Assembly (NCBI GenBank): GCA_964202905.1
Contig: CAXNJO010000006.1
Span: forward strand, 128,001 to 192,000
Length of the DNA: 64,000 nucleotides
DNA from: Polyangiales bacterium
GTDB taxonomy: Bacteria; Myxococcota_A; Polyangia; Polyangiales; JADJQN01
Direction of reading: 5' to 3'
In this document: in pieces, positions 46,138 through 56,055 of the stretch
Position numbering within the stretch: position 1 is the first letter of the stretch
How the letters are laid out: each line of letters opens with the position of its first letter
The notes under the pieces: generated by a model
What the model was told of the DNA's origin: nothing
The model's database searches: none
The model's input: only the letters and a program-made list of their open reading frames with translations
Translations under genes and position numbers: made by a program

Positions 46138-48174
46138 ATGTTCCGCGTCCTGCCCTCGCGATCCGCCGCTCTGCGCTCGTCTCGCTCGACACTCCTGCTC
46201 GCCGCGCTCGCGCTCTCCGCGTGCGGCGACGATGACGGGAGCGGCCCGCCGCCCGATCCGTGCGCCGCCGTCACGTGCGAAGCGGGCTACGCGTGCGACG
46301 CCGCCGTCGGGGCCTGCGCGCCCGTGGCGGTCTGCGACCCCGCTGCGACGGGCTGGGACGGAATACGTCCCACCTTCCGCGACGCCACGGAGGCGAGCGG
46401 GCTCCTCGCGGCGGGCGCGCTCGGCCAGCGCATCAACGCCGTCGACTTCGACGGCGACGGCTTCGCGGACCTCGCGATCCGCGCGGGCGGCACGGGGCAC
46501 GACGACGTCGCGATGGGCACGCGCGTGACGTGGCTGCTCCGCAACCGCGGCGACGGCACCTTCGAGGACGTCACCGAGGCGTCCGGCATCCGCACGCCGC
46601 GCCTCCCGCAGGGGCCGGGCGTCGGGCGCCCCGGTGAGGTGTGGGCCTTCGGCGACGTCGACAACGACGGCGACCTCGACGTGTACCAGGGCGTCAACCG
46701 CACCGACGTCGCCGCCGTGCTCGGCGAGACGAGCGAGCTGTTGCTCAACGACGGCGCGGGCCGCTTCGTGCTCGGCCCGGAGGCGGGCGAGCTGCGTCTG
46801 ATGGGCGCGGACACGCCCGCGGGCGCGTCCTTCGTCGACGCCGACCGCGACGGACAACTCGACCTCTGGGTCGCGCAGAACGGCGGCTCGCAGCCGGGCG
46901 CGCAGTCGCGGCTCTTCCGCGGCGACGGCGCGGGTTTCTTCGCGGACATCACCGCGGCGTCGGGGCTCACGACGCAGTCGTGGCGCTCGTTCGCCGGCAT
47001 CAACGAGGGGCGCGGACACGCGCGCTCGTGGTCGTCCGCCGCGTGCGATCTCGACGGAGACGGCACGACGGAGTTGCTCGCCGCGAGCTACGGCCGCGCG
47101 CCGAACCTGCTCTTCCAGGGCGTGCGCGCGGGCGACGGAGCGCTCTCCTTCACGAACCGGAGCGTGTCCTCTGGATACGCTTACGATGGTGTTCGCGAGT
47201 GGACCGACAACCAGTTCGCGCGCTGCTTCTGTCAGGCGAACCGCACGGCGGATGGCTGCGCGACGGTGCCCGCGCCGGCCATCAGCTCGTGTCCCCCGAA
47301 CTGGACGCACGAGCAGGATCGCGAGGCGTTCCGGCTCGGCGGCAACTCGGGCACGACGGTCTGCGCGGACATCGACAACGACGGCGACATCGATCTTCTC
47401 ACCACGGAGATCCAGCACTGGTGGGCCGGCACCGGCGCCGACCGCGCCGAGTGGCTGCTCAACACGGGCGAGCCCGAGGCGCGCTTCGAGCGGCCGGGCC
47501 GCGCCGCGCAGGGCTGGGATGTGCCGCACCCCGGGGCGTCGTGGGACGAGGGCATCATGACGGCGGCCGCGTTCGACTTCGATGGCGACGCGCGCCGCGA
47601 CTTCTACCTCGGCGGCTCCGACTACGCGGGCAACCACGGCATGCTCTTCCACCAGGGCGGGGGCGGACAATTCGCGGCCGTGCCGATCGAGCTCGGCATC
47701 GATCACCACCGCAGCCACGGCGTCGCGGTCGCGGACTTCGATCGCGACGGCGACCTCGACGTCGTCGTCGGCCACTCGCGCTCGCGCTGCGACGCCTCCG
47801 CGCCCGACGACTGCTACGCGACGACGCAGGTCCGCTACTTCGAGAACGTCTCGCCCCCGCAGAACTTCGTGCAGCTCGCGCTCGTCGGCGCCGCGGGCAC
47901 GAACCGCAGCGCGATCGGCGCGCGCGTCCGCGTGACCGCGGGCGGCGTCACGCAGACGTTCGACGTCGGCGGCGGTCACGGGCACTACGGCATGCAGGAC
48001 GACCTCGTCGTGCACGCGAGCCTCGGCACCGCGTGCGAGGCGACGATCACCGTGCGCTGGCCCGACGCGGCGCTCACCACCGAGACGTTCACGCTCCCGG
48101 CGGGCCACCGCTACCGGCTCACGCAGGGCGCAGCGCCCGCGGCCGCCGACGTGCCTTCGCCCGCGGGCCCCTGA
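46138..48174 (+). CDS. CRTAC1/ASPIC-UnbV family FG-GAP repeat lipoprotein
   Basis: Lipobox LSAC; multiple DxDxDGxxD repeats; NRSAIGARV...VRWP C-terminal domain. Confidence 0.9.
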   Translation: MFRVLPSRSAALRSSRSTLLLAALALSACGDDDGSGPPPDPCAAVTCEAGYACDAAVGACAPVAVCDPAATGWDGIRPTFRDATEASGLLAAGALGQRINAVDFDGDGFADLAIRAGGTGHDDVAMGTRVTWLLRNRGDGTFEDVTEASGIRTPRLPQGPGVGRPGEVWAFGDVDNDGDLDVYQGVNRTDVAAVLGETSELLLNDGAGRFVLGPEAGELRLMGADTPAGASFVDADRDGQLDLWVAQNGGSQPGAQSRLFRGDGAGFFADITAASGLTTQSWRSFAGINEGRGHARSWSSAACDLDGDGTTELLAASYGRAPNLLFQGVRAGDGALSFTNRSVSSGYAYDGVREWTDNQFARCFCQANRTADGCATVPAPAISSCPPNWTHEQDREAFRLGGNSGTTVCADIDNDGDIDLLTTEIQHWWAGTGADRAEWLLNTGEPEARFERPGRAAQGWDVPHPGASWDEGIMTAAAFDFDGDARRDFYLGGSDYAGNHGMLFHQGGGGQFAAVPIELGIDHHRSHGVAVADFDRDGDLDVVVGHSRSRCDASAPDDCYATTQVRYFENVSPPQNFVQLALVGAAGTNRSAIGARVRVTAGGVTQTFDVGGGHGHYGMQDDLVVHASLGTACEATITVRWPDAALTTETFTLPAGHRYRLTQGAAPAAADVPSPAGP

Positions 48175-48176
48175 CC

Positions 48177-49019
48177 GTGCGGCAGTACCACGCGCTGCTC
48201 GCGTCGCTGCTCGAGCATGGCCGCGAGCGCAGCGACCGCACCGGCACGGGCACCCTCGGGCTCTTCGGCGCGCAGCTCCGCTTCGATCTGCGCGAGGGCT
48301 TCCCGCTCCTCACGACGAAGAAGTTGCACGTCAAATCGATCGTCCACGAGCTGCTGTGGTTCCTGCGCGGCGAGACGAACGTCGCGTCGCTCCAGGCCGA
48401 GGGCGTGCGGATCTGGGACGAGTGGGCGACGCCCGCGCAGACGGCGCGCTTCGGTCGCGCGCCCGGCGAGCTCGGCCCCGTGTACGGGCACCAGTGGCGC
48501 AACTTCGGCGCGACGCGCCGCGCGGATGGCACCTACGAGCGCGACGGCGTCGACCAGATCGCGCGCATCGTCGATCAGATCCGGACGAACCCGAGCAGCC
48601 GGCGCCTGCTCGTGACCGGCTGGAATCCGCGCGAGGCCGACGAGGTCGCGCTCCCGCCCTGCCACACGCTCTTCCAGCTCTACGTGCAGGATGGCGCGCT
48701 GAGCTGTCAGCTCTACCAGCGCTCGGCCGACGTCTTCCTCGGCGTGCCCTTCAACATCGCGAGCTACGCGCTGCTCACGCAGATGATCGCGCACGTCACC
48801 GGCCTCGTGCCGCACGAGTTCGTCCACACCTTCGGCGACGTGCACCTCTACAAGAACCACGTGGAGCAGGCGCGCTTGCAGCTCACGCGCGCGCCGCGTC
48901 CGCTGCCGCGCATGCGCCTCGACCCTTCGGTGCGCGACCTCGTCGACTTCCGCTTCGAGCACTTCGCGCTCGAGGGCTACGATCCGCACCCGCGCATCAA
49001 GGCGGACGTCAGCGTGTAG
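48177..49019 (+). CDS. thyA: Thymidylate synthase
   Basis: [55 protein letters not shown]. Confidence 0.98.
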   Translation: MRQYHALLASLLEHGRERSDRTGTGTLGLFGAQLRFDLREGFPLLTTKKLHVKSIVHELLWFLRGETNVASLQAEGVRIWDEWATPAQTARFGRAPGELGPVYGHQWRNFGATRRADGTYERDGVDQIARIVDQIRTNPSSRRLLVTGWNPREADEVALPPCHTLFQLYVQDGALSCQLYQRSADVFLGVPFNIASYALLTQMIAHVTGLVPHEFVHTFGDVHLYKNHVEQARLQLTRAPRPLPRMRLDPSVRDLVDFRFEHFALEGYDPHPRIKADVSV

Positions 49020-49035
49020 GCGAAGCGCGCGCCGC

Positions 49036-50109
49036 TCAGTTCACCGACTGGAACGCGCCCGCGATCGGCGCCTGCGCCCCGACGATGTACTGCGCGCGGC
49101 GGTTGCGCGCCTCGGCGGTGTCGTCCGGCGTCGGCACCGCGAGCGACGACTCACCGAGCCCGCGCGCGAGGACGGGGATGGTCAGGCCGCCGCGCCGCCG
49201 GAACCAGCGCGCGATGGCGAGCGCGCGCCGCTCGGAGAGGCGCGCGTTGTCCGCCGGGCTGCCGACGGTGTCGGTGTGGCCGAGCACGTAGAGCTTCGCC
49301 TGCAGATCCGCGCCGTGCTGGCGGACGGCCGCGAGGATGCGCTGGTAGGCGGCCTCGAGCTTCGGCTCTTCGCCGGGACGCACGAGGTCGCTCGCGGTCT
49401 CGAAGACCACGTCGTCGTGCGGAATGTCGACGCTGAAGGGCACGATCTCCATCTCCGTCCACGACTCGGAGGTGTCGAAGGCGCGCACCGTGAGCCTGCC
49501 CGCCGCGCGCGCGAGCGCGGGCCACGCGAGCGTGAGCGGGCTGCGCGGCGGCGCGCCCTGCAGGTCGGTCGTCGCCGTGTGCAGCAGGCTGCCGGCGGCG
49601 TCGGTGATCGTGAGCAGCGCGCGCCCGGCGGGGTTGGTGAGCGTGAAGCGGAGCGTGCGCGCCTCGAGGTCGACGTCCGCCTTGCGGAGCAGGATCTGCA
49701 AGCCCCGCGTCGCGGTCACGGTCGTCTCGAAGGAGAGGCTCGCGCGGCCCTCGGCCGTCTGCCCCGAGACCTCGACGCGCAGCGGGTGCACGCCCGGCGT
49801 GAGGCGGAAGGGCAGCACCTTCGTCGTGCCGCCGCGCACGGTCCCGAGCGGGCGCGTGAGCACGGCGCGACCGCCCTCGCGCGCGACGAGGCGCATGCCC
49901 CGCACGTCGGCGCTGACCGACACCGTGAAGGTCGGCTGCGCGCGCTCGAGATCGACGAGCTCGCTCACCTCGACGGCGACCGGCAGGGCGGCCTGCGCGT
50001 CCACGCGCGACGGCGCCGCGAGGAGCCCGAGCGCGAGCGTGAGCGCGGGGACGATGGCGCGGAGCGCGTGCGCAGCAGGTAGCGGGGCGGGGAGCGTGGC
50101 GTGGCGCAT
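49036..50109 (-). CDS. Secreted protein with a C-terminal OmpA-like peptidoglycan-binding domain
   Basis: Signal peptide; GHTDTVG..N..LSERRA, GLGE, NRRA. Confidence 0.88.
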   Translation of the reverse strand: MRHATLPAPLPAAHALRAIVPALTLALGLLAAPSRVDAQAALPVAVEVSELVDLERAQPTFTVSVSADVRGMRLVAREGGRAVLTRPLGTVRGGTTKVLPFRLTPGVHPLRVEVSGQTAEGRASLSFETTVTATRGLQILLRKADVDLEARTLRFTLTNPAGRALLTITDAAGSLLHTATTDLQGAPPRSPLTLAWPALARAAGRLTVRAFDTSESWTEMEIVPFSVDIPHDDVVFETASDLVRPGEEPKLEAAYQRILAAVRQHGADLQAKLYVLGHTDTVGSPADNARLSERRALAIARWFRRRGGLTIPVLARGLGESSLAVPTPDDTAEARNRRAQYIVGAQAPIAGAFQSVN

Positions 50110-50166
50110 CGCGCGAGGGTAGCGCGTCGCGGCGGGTCGTCGGCGCCCGTGTCACGCTCGCCGCGC

Positions 50167-50664
50167 ATGACGGCCGCGCTCTCGCCCCTCTCGCTCATCG
50201 CCGCGGTTGCGCGCGACGGCGTCATCGGCCGCGACGGCGCGCTGCCGTGGCACCTGCCCGAGGACCTGCGGCACTTCAAGCGCCTCACGCGCGGCCACGC
50301 GATCGTCATGGGCCGGCGCACCTTCGCGTCGATCGGCCGCGCGCTGCCCGAGCGCCGCAACCTCGTCGTCTCGCGCACGCTCGCGGCCGCGCCGCCGGGC
50401 GTCGAGGTGTTCCCCTCGCTCGAGGCCGCGCTCGACGCCGCGCGCGCGACGGACCCGGAGCCCTTCGTCATCGGGGGCGCGGCGCTCTACGCGGAGGCGC
50501 TCCCCCGCGCGACGACGTTGCACCTCACCGAGCTCGACCGCGACGTGCCGGGCGACGTGCGCTTCCCGGCCTTCGATCGCGCTGCGTTCCGGGTCGCCGA
50601 TCGCCGTCCGGCCGAGTCGGCGCCCGACGTGTGGTTCGTCACGCTCGTGCGCCACGCGCCCTGA
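50167..50664 (+). CDS. folA: Dihydrofolate reductase
   Basis: LIAAVARDGVIG, LPWHLPEDLRHFK, MGRRT, LPERRN, IGGA, GDVRFP. Confidence 0.97.
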   Translation: MTAALSPLSLIAAVARDGVIGRDGALPWHLPEDLRHFKRLTRGHAIVMGRRTFASIGRALPERRNLVVSRTLAAAPPGVEVFPSLEAALDAARATDPEPFVIGGAALYAEALPRATTLHLTELDRDVPGDVRFPAFDRAAFRVADRRPAESAPDVWFVTLVRHAP

Positions 50665-50746
50665 ACCGTTTTTGCTGGGTTTTCTGGCCGTTCGTCGCGC
50701 ACTGCCGCGAGGCGGGAGCAGGATCGTTCCACCCGCAGGTCGAAAG

Positions 50747-50762
50747 GACTGACACGCCAGTC
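50747..50762. promoter_or_regulatory. Candidate TetR operator
   Basis: Palindrome GACTG-N6-CAGTC, 26 nt upstream of the first gene of an operon that ends with a TetR gene. Confidence 0.35.
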
Positions 50763-50788
50763 TAGTTCCGTGCTAGCCGTTCGCGCCC

Positions 50789-51448
50789 ATGGACACAGCG
50801 GCTTTCTATCGGGTCGAAGGCGCCATCGTCGGCCGTCCGGCCCTCGCGGCGGCGGCCTATCTCGTCGGCAACGCGCAGCACGTGCGCGATCGGATCCTCC
50901 GGCTCGGCGGCGTCGCGGCCTCGCTGCCCCTCGCGCTCGGCGGCGACCGGACGCTCGCGGCGCGCGTCGCGTGGATGGGCCTGCGCGGCATGAGCGAGGA
51001 CCGGCTCGCGGTGCTCGGCGAGGAGTACGGCGACCGCTACCTCGTGCCGGAGATCAAAGACCTCGCGCGGCAGCTCATCGCCGAGTCGCGCGCCCGCAAG
51101 CACCGCATCGTGCTCGTGAGCGACTCGCTCGACGTCGTGGTCGGGCCGCTCGCGCGCGCGCTCGGCGTGCCCGCGGCGGACCTCGTCGCCAACCGCGCCG
51201 AGCTCAACGCCGAGGGCCGCGCGACGGGGCGCCTCGCGGATCCGATCGTCGGTGGCGCCGTCGGCGGCACCTGGGTGCGCGCGTTCGCGAAGGAGCGCGG
51301 CATCGACCTCGAGCGCTCGTTCGTCTACGGCGCGAGCGGCGACGACGGCCTGCTGCTCTCGGCAGTGGGGCATGCGTGCGCGGTGACGCCGGACCGCGCG
51401 CTGCGGCGGCTCGCCCGCGACAACGGTTGGCCCGTGGTGGAAGCGTGA
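50789..51448 (+). CDS. HAD-IB (SerB-like) fold protein with a degenerate catalytic motif
   Basis: AAFYRVEG in place of FFDVDG; VLVSDSLD; YGASGDD..LLSAVG..AVTPDRALRRLA...WPV. Confidence 0.82.
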   Translation: MDTAAFYRVEGAIVGRPALAAAAYLVGNAQHVRDRILRLGGVAASLPLALGGDRTLAARVAWMGLRGMSEDRLAVLGEEYGDRYLVPEIKDLARQLIAESRARKHRIVLVSDSLDVVVGPLARALGVPAADLVANRAELNAEGRATGRLADPIVGGAVGGTWVRAFAKERGIDLERSFVYGASGDDGLLLSAVGHACAVTPDRALRRLARDNGWPVVEA

Positions 51449-51459
51449 AGGAGGAGCAG

Positions 51460-53202
51460 ATGGACGCGCTCGAGCGCTCGAATCCCCGGCCCGCCGGTGC
51501 GTCCGGCGCGCTCTCGGTGCACGCGGCCTTCGCGGGCAGGCACGTGCTCGTCACCGGCGTGACGGGCTTCCTCGGCAAGGTGTGGCTCGGCATGCTGCTC
51601 GACCTCGTGCCGGGCGTCGGGCGCGTGTCGGTGCTCGTGCGCCCGCCGCGCCGCGCGAAGGGCGACGCGACCGCCGCGGCGACCGCCCGCTTCGAGAAGA
51701 TCGCGGCCACCGCGCCCGCGTTGCGCCCGCTCCGCGCGACGCATGGCGCGGGGCTCGGCGCGTTCCTCGACGCGAAGCTCGACGTCGTCGCGGGCGACGT
51801 CTCGCAGCCGCTCTGCGGGCTCGCGCCGCAGGAACTCGAGCGCCTCGCGAAGACGGTGGACGTCGTCGTGCATTTCGCGGGGCTCACCGACTTCGAGCCC
51901 GATCCGCGCGAGGCCGTCGAGGTGAACGTGCGCGGCGCCGCGCACGTCGCGGACGTCGCCGCGCGCCTGCGTGTGCCGCGGCTCGTGCACGTCTCGACGT
52001 GCTTCGTCGCGGGGTGCCGCGACGGCGAGATCGCCGAAGAGCGCGCGACGGGCACGACGCCGGACGGTCGGCCGATGGACGTCGCCAGCGTGGTCGAGAC
52101 GCTGCTCGCGCGGGCCGACGCGGTCGAGTCCAAGAGCGAGCGTCGCGGCGCCGCGCTGCGCCGGATCCGCGCGGAAGCGGGCGGCCACTACGCGCGCGAG
52201 CTCGCCTTCCCGAACACGTACACGCTGACGAAGGCGCTCGCGGAGCAACTGCTCGTCGAGCGCAGCGACGTGCGCGCGAGCGTCGTGCGCCCCGCTATCG
52301 TCGAGTGCGCGCGCGCTTACCCGTTCGCGGGCTGGAACGAGGGCATCAACACCAGCGGTCCGCTCGTCTGGCTGCTCGCGGGCCCGTTCTTCGAGCTCCC
52401 GTGTCGCCCGGACGCGCGCTTCGACGTGGTGCCCGTCGACGACGTCGCGAAGGGCACGATGCTCATGGTCGCCGCGATGCTCGGCGACGACGCGCCCGAG
52501 GTCGTGCAGCTCGGGACCTCGCACACGCGCCCCTTCACCGTCGGCCGCGCGGTCGAGCTGACGGGCCTCGGCGTGCGCAAGTACCACGATCGCCCCGAGG
52601 CGACGAAGCTCGAGAAGCTGCTCTTCCGCTACCTCGACGCGGTGCCCGTGCCGGCCGAGAGCGGCTCGCTCCTCTCGGTGCCGCGCCTGCGCCAGCACGC
52701 GCGCCGCCTCCGGACCTGGCTCGAGGACGTGCGCTTCGACGAGGCGCTGCCCACGACCGCGCGACGCGTCGCGGGGCAGCAGGTGTCGCGCGCGCAGCTG
52801 CGCGCCCACATGGCCGCGTCGGGCTTCGAGACGGTGCTCCGCCGCATCGACCAGATGCTCGCGCTCTTCAAGCCGTTCATCCACGACCACGACTGGGTGT
52901 TCCGCACCGACCGCATGACCGCGCTGAGCGCGCGCCTCGTGCCCGCCGAGCGCGCCCAGTTCGGGTGGGATCTGCGCGACCTCGACTGGCGCTCCTACTG
53001 GCTCGACGTGCAGATCCCCGGCCTCGCGACGTGGTGCCTGCCGCTGATGAACGGCAAGACCGTGCCCGACGACCCGCCGGCCCAGCCGCCGCTGCGCCTC
53101 GCGCGTGCGACGGCCGGGCTGCCGCCGACGTCCGCCGCGATCTCGAACGGCCACGTCGCGCACGGCGCCGCCGCGAACGCGGGCAGCGAGGCGCGCGCGT
53201 GA
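51460..53202 (+). CDS. Fatty acyl-CoA/ACP reductase (alcohol-forming FAR type)
   Basis: VTGVTGFLGKV, HVSTCFV, PNTYTLTK (YxxxK), RPAIVE, DVVPVD, C-terminal sterile-like DWRSYW; RBS GAGGAG. Confidence 0.9.
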   Translation: MDALERSNPRPAGASGALSVHAAFAGRHVLVTGVTGFLGKVWLGMLLDLVPGVGRVSVLVRPPRRAKGDATAAATARFEKIAATAPALRPLRATHGAGLGAFLDAKLDVVAGDVSQPLCGLAPQELERLAKTVDVVVHFAGLTDFEPDPREAVEVNVRGAAHVADVAARLRVPRLVHVSTCFVAGCRDGEIAEERATGTTPDGRPMDVASVVETLLARADAVESKSERRGAALRRIRAEAGGHYARELAFPNTYTLTKALAEQLLVERSDVRASVVRPAIVECARAYPFAGWNEGINTSGPLVWLLAGPFFELPCRPDARFDVVPVDDVAKGTMLMVAAMLGDDAPEVVQLGTSHTRPFTVGRAVELTGLGVRKYHDRPEATKLEKLLFRYLDAVPVPAESGSLLSVPRLRQHARRLRTWLEDVRFDEALPTTARRVAGQQVSRAQLRAHMAASGFETVLRRIDQMLALFKPFIHDHDWVFRTDRMTALSARLVPAERAQFGWDLRDLDWRSYWLDVQIPGLATWCLPLMNGKTVPDDPPAQPPLRLARATAGLPPTSAAISNGHVAHGAAANAGSEARA

Positions 53203-54365
53203 GCCACGTCTTCGTCACCGGTGCGACCGGCTACCTCGGCGGTTACACCGTCACGCGGCTCCTCCGCGACCACCCCGCGACGCGCGTCGCGCTCCTCGTG
53301 CGCGGGCGCGACGAGCGCGAGGCGACGGACAAGCTCTGGCGCTCTCTGCAGCTCCACATGGAGCCGCGCGAGTTCTGGGACGCGCTCTCGCGCGTGGACT
53401 TCGTGCTCGGTGATCTCACCTCGACGAAGCCGCGCCTCGGCATCGCGCCGGACGTCTACGAGCGCACCGTGCGCGGCATCGACTCGGTGCTGCACATCGC
53501 GGCCTCGCTGAACCGCAAGAGCGAGAAGGCCTGCCTCAACACCAACCTGCGCGGGACGCTCGCGGTGCTCGAGCTCGCGCGCGACGCGAAGACGCACGGC
53601 GGACTGCGTCGCTATTCGCACGTCTCGACCGTCGCGGTGTGCGGCCATCGCGACCGCGAGGTCGTCACCGAGGACGCGGCCATCGACTGGGACCGCTCCG
53701 ACTACGACCCGTACGGCCGCACGAAGAAGTTCTGCGAGCACATGGCGCACGTGCTCTTGCCGGACGTGCCGAAGACCATCTTTCGGCCGAGCATCGTGAT
53801 GGGCGACGCGACGCGCCCCGAGACGACGCAGTTCGACATGGTGCGCGCGTTCTGCGTGCTCGCGGATCTGCCCGTCGTGCCCGTCCGCGCCGAGGCGCGG
53901 CAGGACATCGTCAACGCCGACTGGGTCGGCCGCGCGATCGCGACCGTGCACATGAAGGACGCGCCGAAGTACGACTGCTACCACCTCTCGGCGGGGACGC
54001 GCTCGCTGTCCGCGGAGACGATCGCGGGCGCCCTCGCGGGGGCCGTCGGGCGTCGGCCGCCGCGCTTCGTCGGCGCCGCGGAGCAGCCCTTCGCGACGGC
54101 CGCGGAGCTGATGATGCGCTTCCCGAAGAAGAGCGCCGTCGCGCTCGTCGGCTCGCTGCTGCACGTCTTCCTGCCGTACATCACGTACGACACGGTCTTC
54201 GACAACGAGCGCATCGTGTCGGAGCTCGGCGAGGCGCCGGTGCCCTTCACGGGCTACTGCGCGGAGCTCTACCGCTGGGCGAAGCGTCACGACTTCGAGT
54301 ACCCGTATCGTCCGCTTCCGTCGCGGCCGGCGCAGGTGCAGGGCGCGGAGCTGGGCCATGTCTGA
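53199..54365 (+). CDS. Thioester-reductase-like extended SDR
   Basis: VTGATGYLG, HIAAS, HVST, YGRTK, RPSIV. Confidence 0.88.
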   Translation: MSHVFVTGATGYLGGYTVTRLLRDHPATRVALLVRGRDEREATDKLWRSLQLHMEPREFWDALSRVDFVLGDLTSTKPRLGIAPDVYERTVRGIDSVLHIAASLNRKSEKACLNTNLRGTLAVLELARDAKTHGGLRRYSHVSTVAVCGHRDREVVTEDAAIDWDRSDYDPYGRTKKFCEHMAHVLLPDVPKTIFRPSIVMGDATRPETTQFDMVRAFCVLADLPVVPVRAEARQDIVNADWVGRAIATVHMKDAPKYDCYHLSAGTRSLSAETIAGALAGAVGRRPPRFVGAAEQPFATAAELMMRFPKKSAVALVGSLLHVFLPYITYDTVFDNERIVSELGEAPVPFTGYCAELYRWAKRHDFEYPYRPLPSRPAQVQGAELGHV

Positions 54366-56055
54366 GGCCGAGCGCAACGAGGCGCCCGCCGAGGCGACGG
54401 GCCTCGCGCGGCGGGGCGCGGAGGCGTCGGAGGAGCGCCCGCGGAAGCGGGGCAGCAAGCTCCTCGCCGGGCTCGCGCGGGTCGCGGGCAAGGCCGCGAA
54501 GGCCGCGCTCGAGGTCGCCGGGCGCGAGCTCGATCCCGACCGGCTCCTGCAGCGCGCGATGGCGAGCACCATCGAGGCAGCGGCGAGCCGCTACGCGGTC
54601 GATCCCGGCGCGCAGTGGCGCCCGGGCGAGCCGCTGCGGCTGCTCTTCGCGGGCTACAGCGGCACGCGCAACACGGGCGCCGACGTGCGCGTCGAGGAGA
54701 TGGTCCGGCAGGTCCGTTGGCTCTTTGGCGACGAGCACGTCGCGCTCTCGCTGCTCACCATCGACCCGGCCCTCTCGCGCGGATATTTCCGCACCGTCGA
54801 GCAGCTGCACCTGCCGCAGTTCTTCCCGCCCTTCCTCTACGAGAAGGTGCACGGCGTGCACGGCGTCATCGCGTGCGAAGGCTCGATGTTCAAGTCGAAG
54901 TTCGCGAACGCGCTCTCGACGATGATGGTCGGCGCGCTCGGCGTCGCGGCTGCCGAGAACAAGCTCGCCATCGGCTATGGGGGTGAAGCCGGCGCGATGG
55001 ATCCGTCACTGCAGGACCTCGTCCGCACCTACTGCCGCGACGCGCTCATCGTCGTGCGCAACAAGGAGAGCGGCGAGGTGCTCGCGGACCTCGGCGTGCG
55101 CAGCAAGCCCGGCACCGACACCGCGTGGACGTTCGAGCCCGCCGGGCCCGAGGTCGGTGCGCGCGTGCTCCGCGCGGCGGGCTGGGACGGCGAGACGCCG
55201 GTGCTCGTCGTCTGTCCGATCAACCCCTTCTGGTGGCCGGTGAAACCCGACGTCAGCAAGGGCGTCGTGCAGGCGCTCACCGGGGCGCACGACGAGTCGC
55301 ATTACGACTCGTTCTACTTCCACAAGGACGGCGACGCGGTCCGCGAGAAGCAGCGCCGCTACCTCGGCGCGCTCGCCGACGGCATCACGTCGTTTCTCGC
55401 GGAGCACGACGCCTTCCCCGTGATCGTGGGGATGGAGCAGCTCGACCGCCGCGCGTGCGAGGGGCTCTCGAAGCTCGTCGCGGAGCGCGCGGGACGCGAG
55501 GCGCCGCCCGTGATCGTCTCGGACGAGCACGACATGTACGAGATGGTCAGCGTGCTGCGCACGGGCCGCGCGCTGCTCTCGTCGCGCTACCACGCGATCG
55601 TCACCTCGATGCCGGGGCTCGTGCCCTCGGCGGGCGTGACGATGGACGAGCGCATCCGCAACCTCATGGCCGATCGCGGCCAGCCGGAGCTCTGCCTCGG
55701 CGTCGAGGACGCCGACCTCGCCGAGCGCGTCAGCGTCGTGCTGGGGCGGCTCTGGACGGATGGGGACGCGGTCGCCGACGGCATCGGCCGCACGGTGGTC
55801 ACCAACCTCGAGCGCATGGGCGAGATGGGCGTGACGCTCGTCGACTTCGTGCGCGCGCGGCACCCCGGAGTGCCGGTGCGCGCGGGCGTTGGCAGCGCCG
55901 CCTCCGGGGGCGAGGGCGACCCGTGGGCGCACCTGCCGCCGCTGCCGCCGGCCGTCGCCGCGCTCGTCGCGAAGTACCGCGGAACGCCCACGAACACGGG
56001 CGATGCGCGCCCCGTCGCGCGGGCGCTCGCCGAGCACGTGGGATCGCAGCCTTGA
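54358..56055 (+). CDS. Polysaccharide pyruvyl transferase family protein
   Basis: GYSGTRNTGAD, vRNkES, DTAW, SSRYHA; family motifs GYxGxxNxGD, RDxxS and RxH are recognisable. Confidence 0.78.
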   Translation: MSEAERNEAPAEATGLARRGAEASEERPRKRGSKLLAGLARVAGKAAKAALEVAGRELDPDRLLQRAMASTIEAAASRYAVDPGAQWRPGEPLRLLFAGYSGTRNTGADVRVEEMVRQVRWLFGDEHVALSLLTIDPALSRGYFRTVEQLHLPQFFPPFLYEKVHGVHGVIACEGSMFKSKFANALSTMMVGALGVAAAENKLAIGYGGEAGAMDPSLQDLVRTYCRDALIVVRNKESGEVLADLGVRSKPGTDTAWTFEPAGPEVGARVLRAAGWDGETPVLVVCPINPFWWPVKPDVSKGVVQALTGAHDESHYDSFYFHKDGDAVREKQRRYLGALADGITSFLAEHDAFPVIVGMEQLDRRACEGLSKLVAERAGREAPPVIVSDEHDMYEMVSVLRTGRALLSSRYHAIVTSMPGLVPSAGVTMDERIRNLMADRGQPELCLGVEDADLAERVSVVLGRLWTDGDAVADGIGRTVVTNLERMGEMGVTLVDFVRARHPGVPVRAGVGSAASGGEGDPWAHLPPLPPAVAALVAKYRGTPTNTGDARPVARALAEHVGSQP

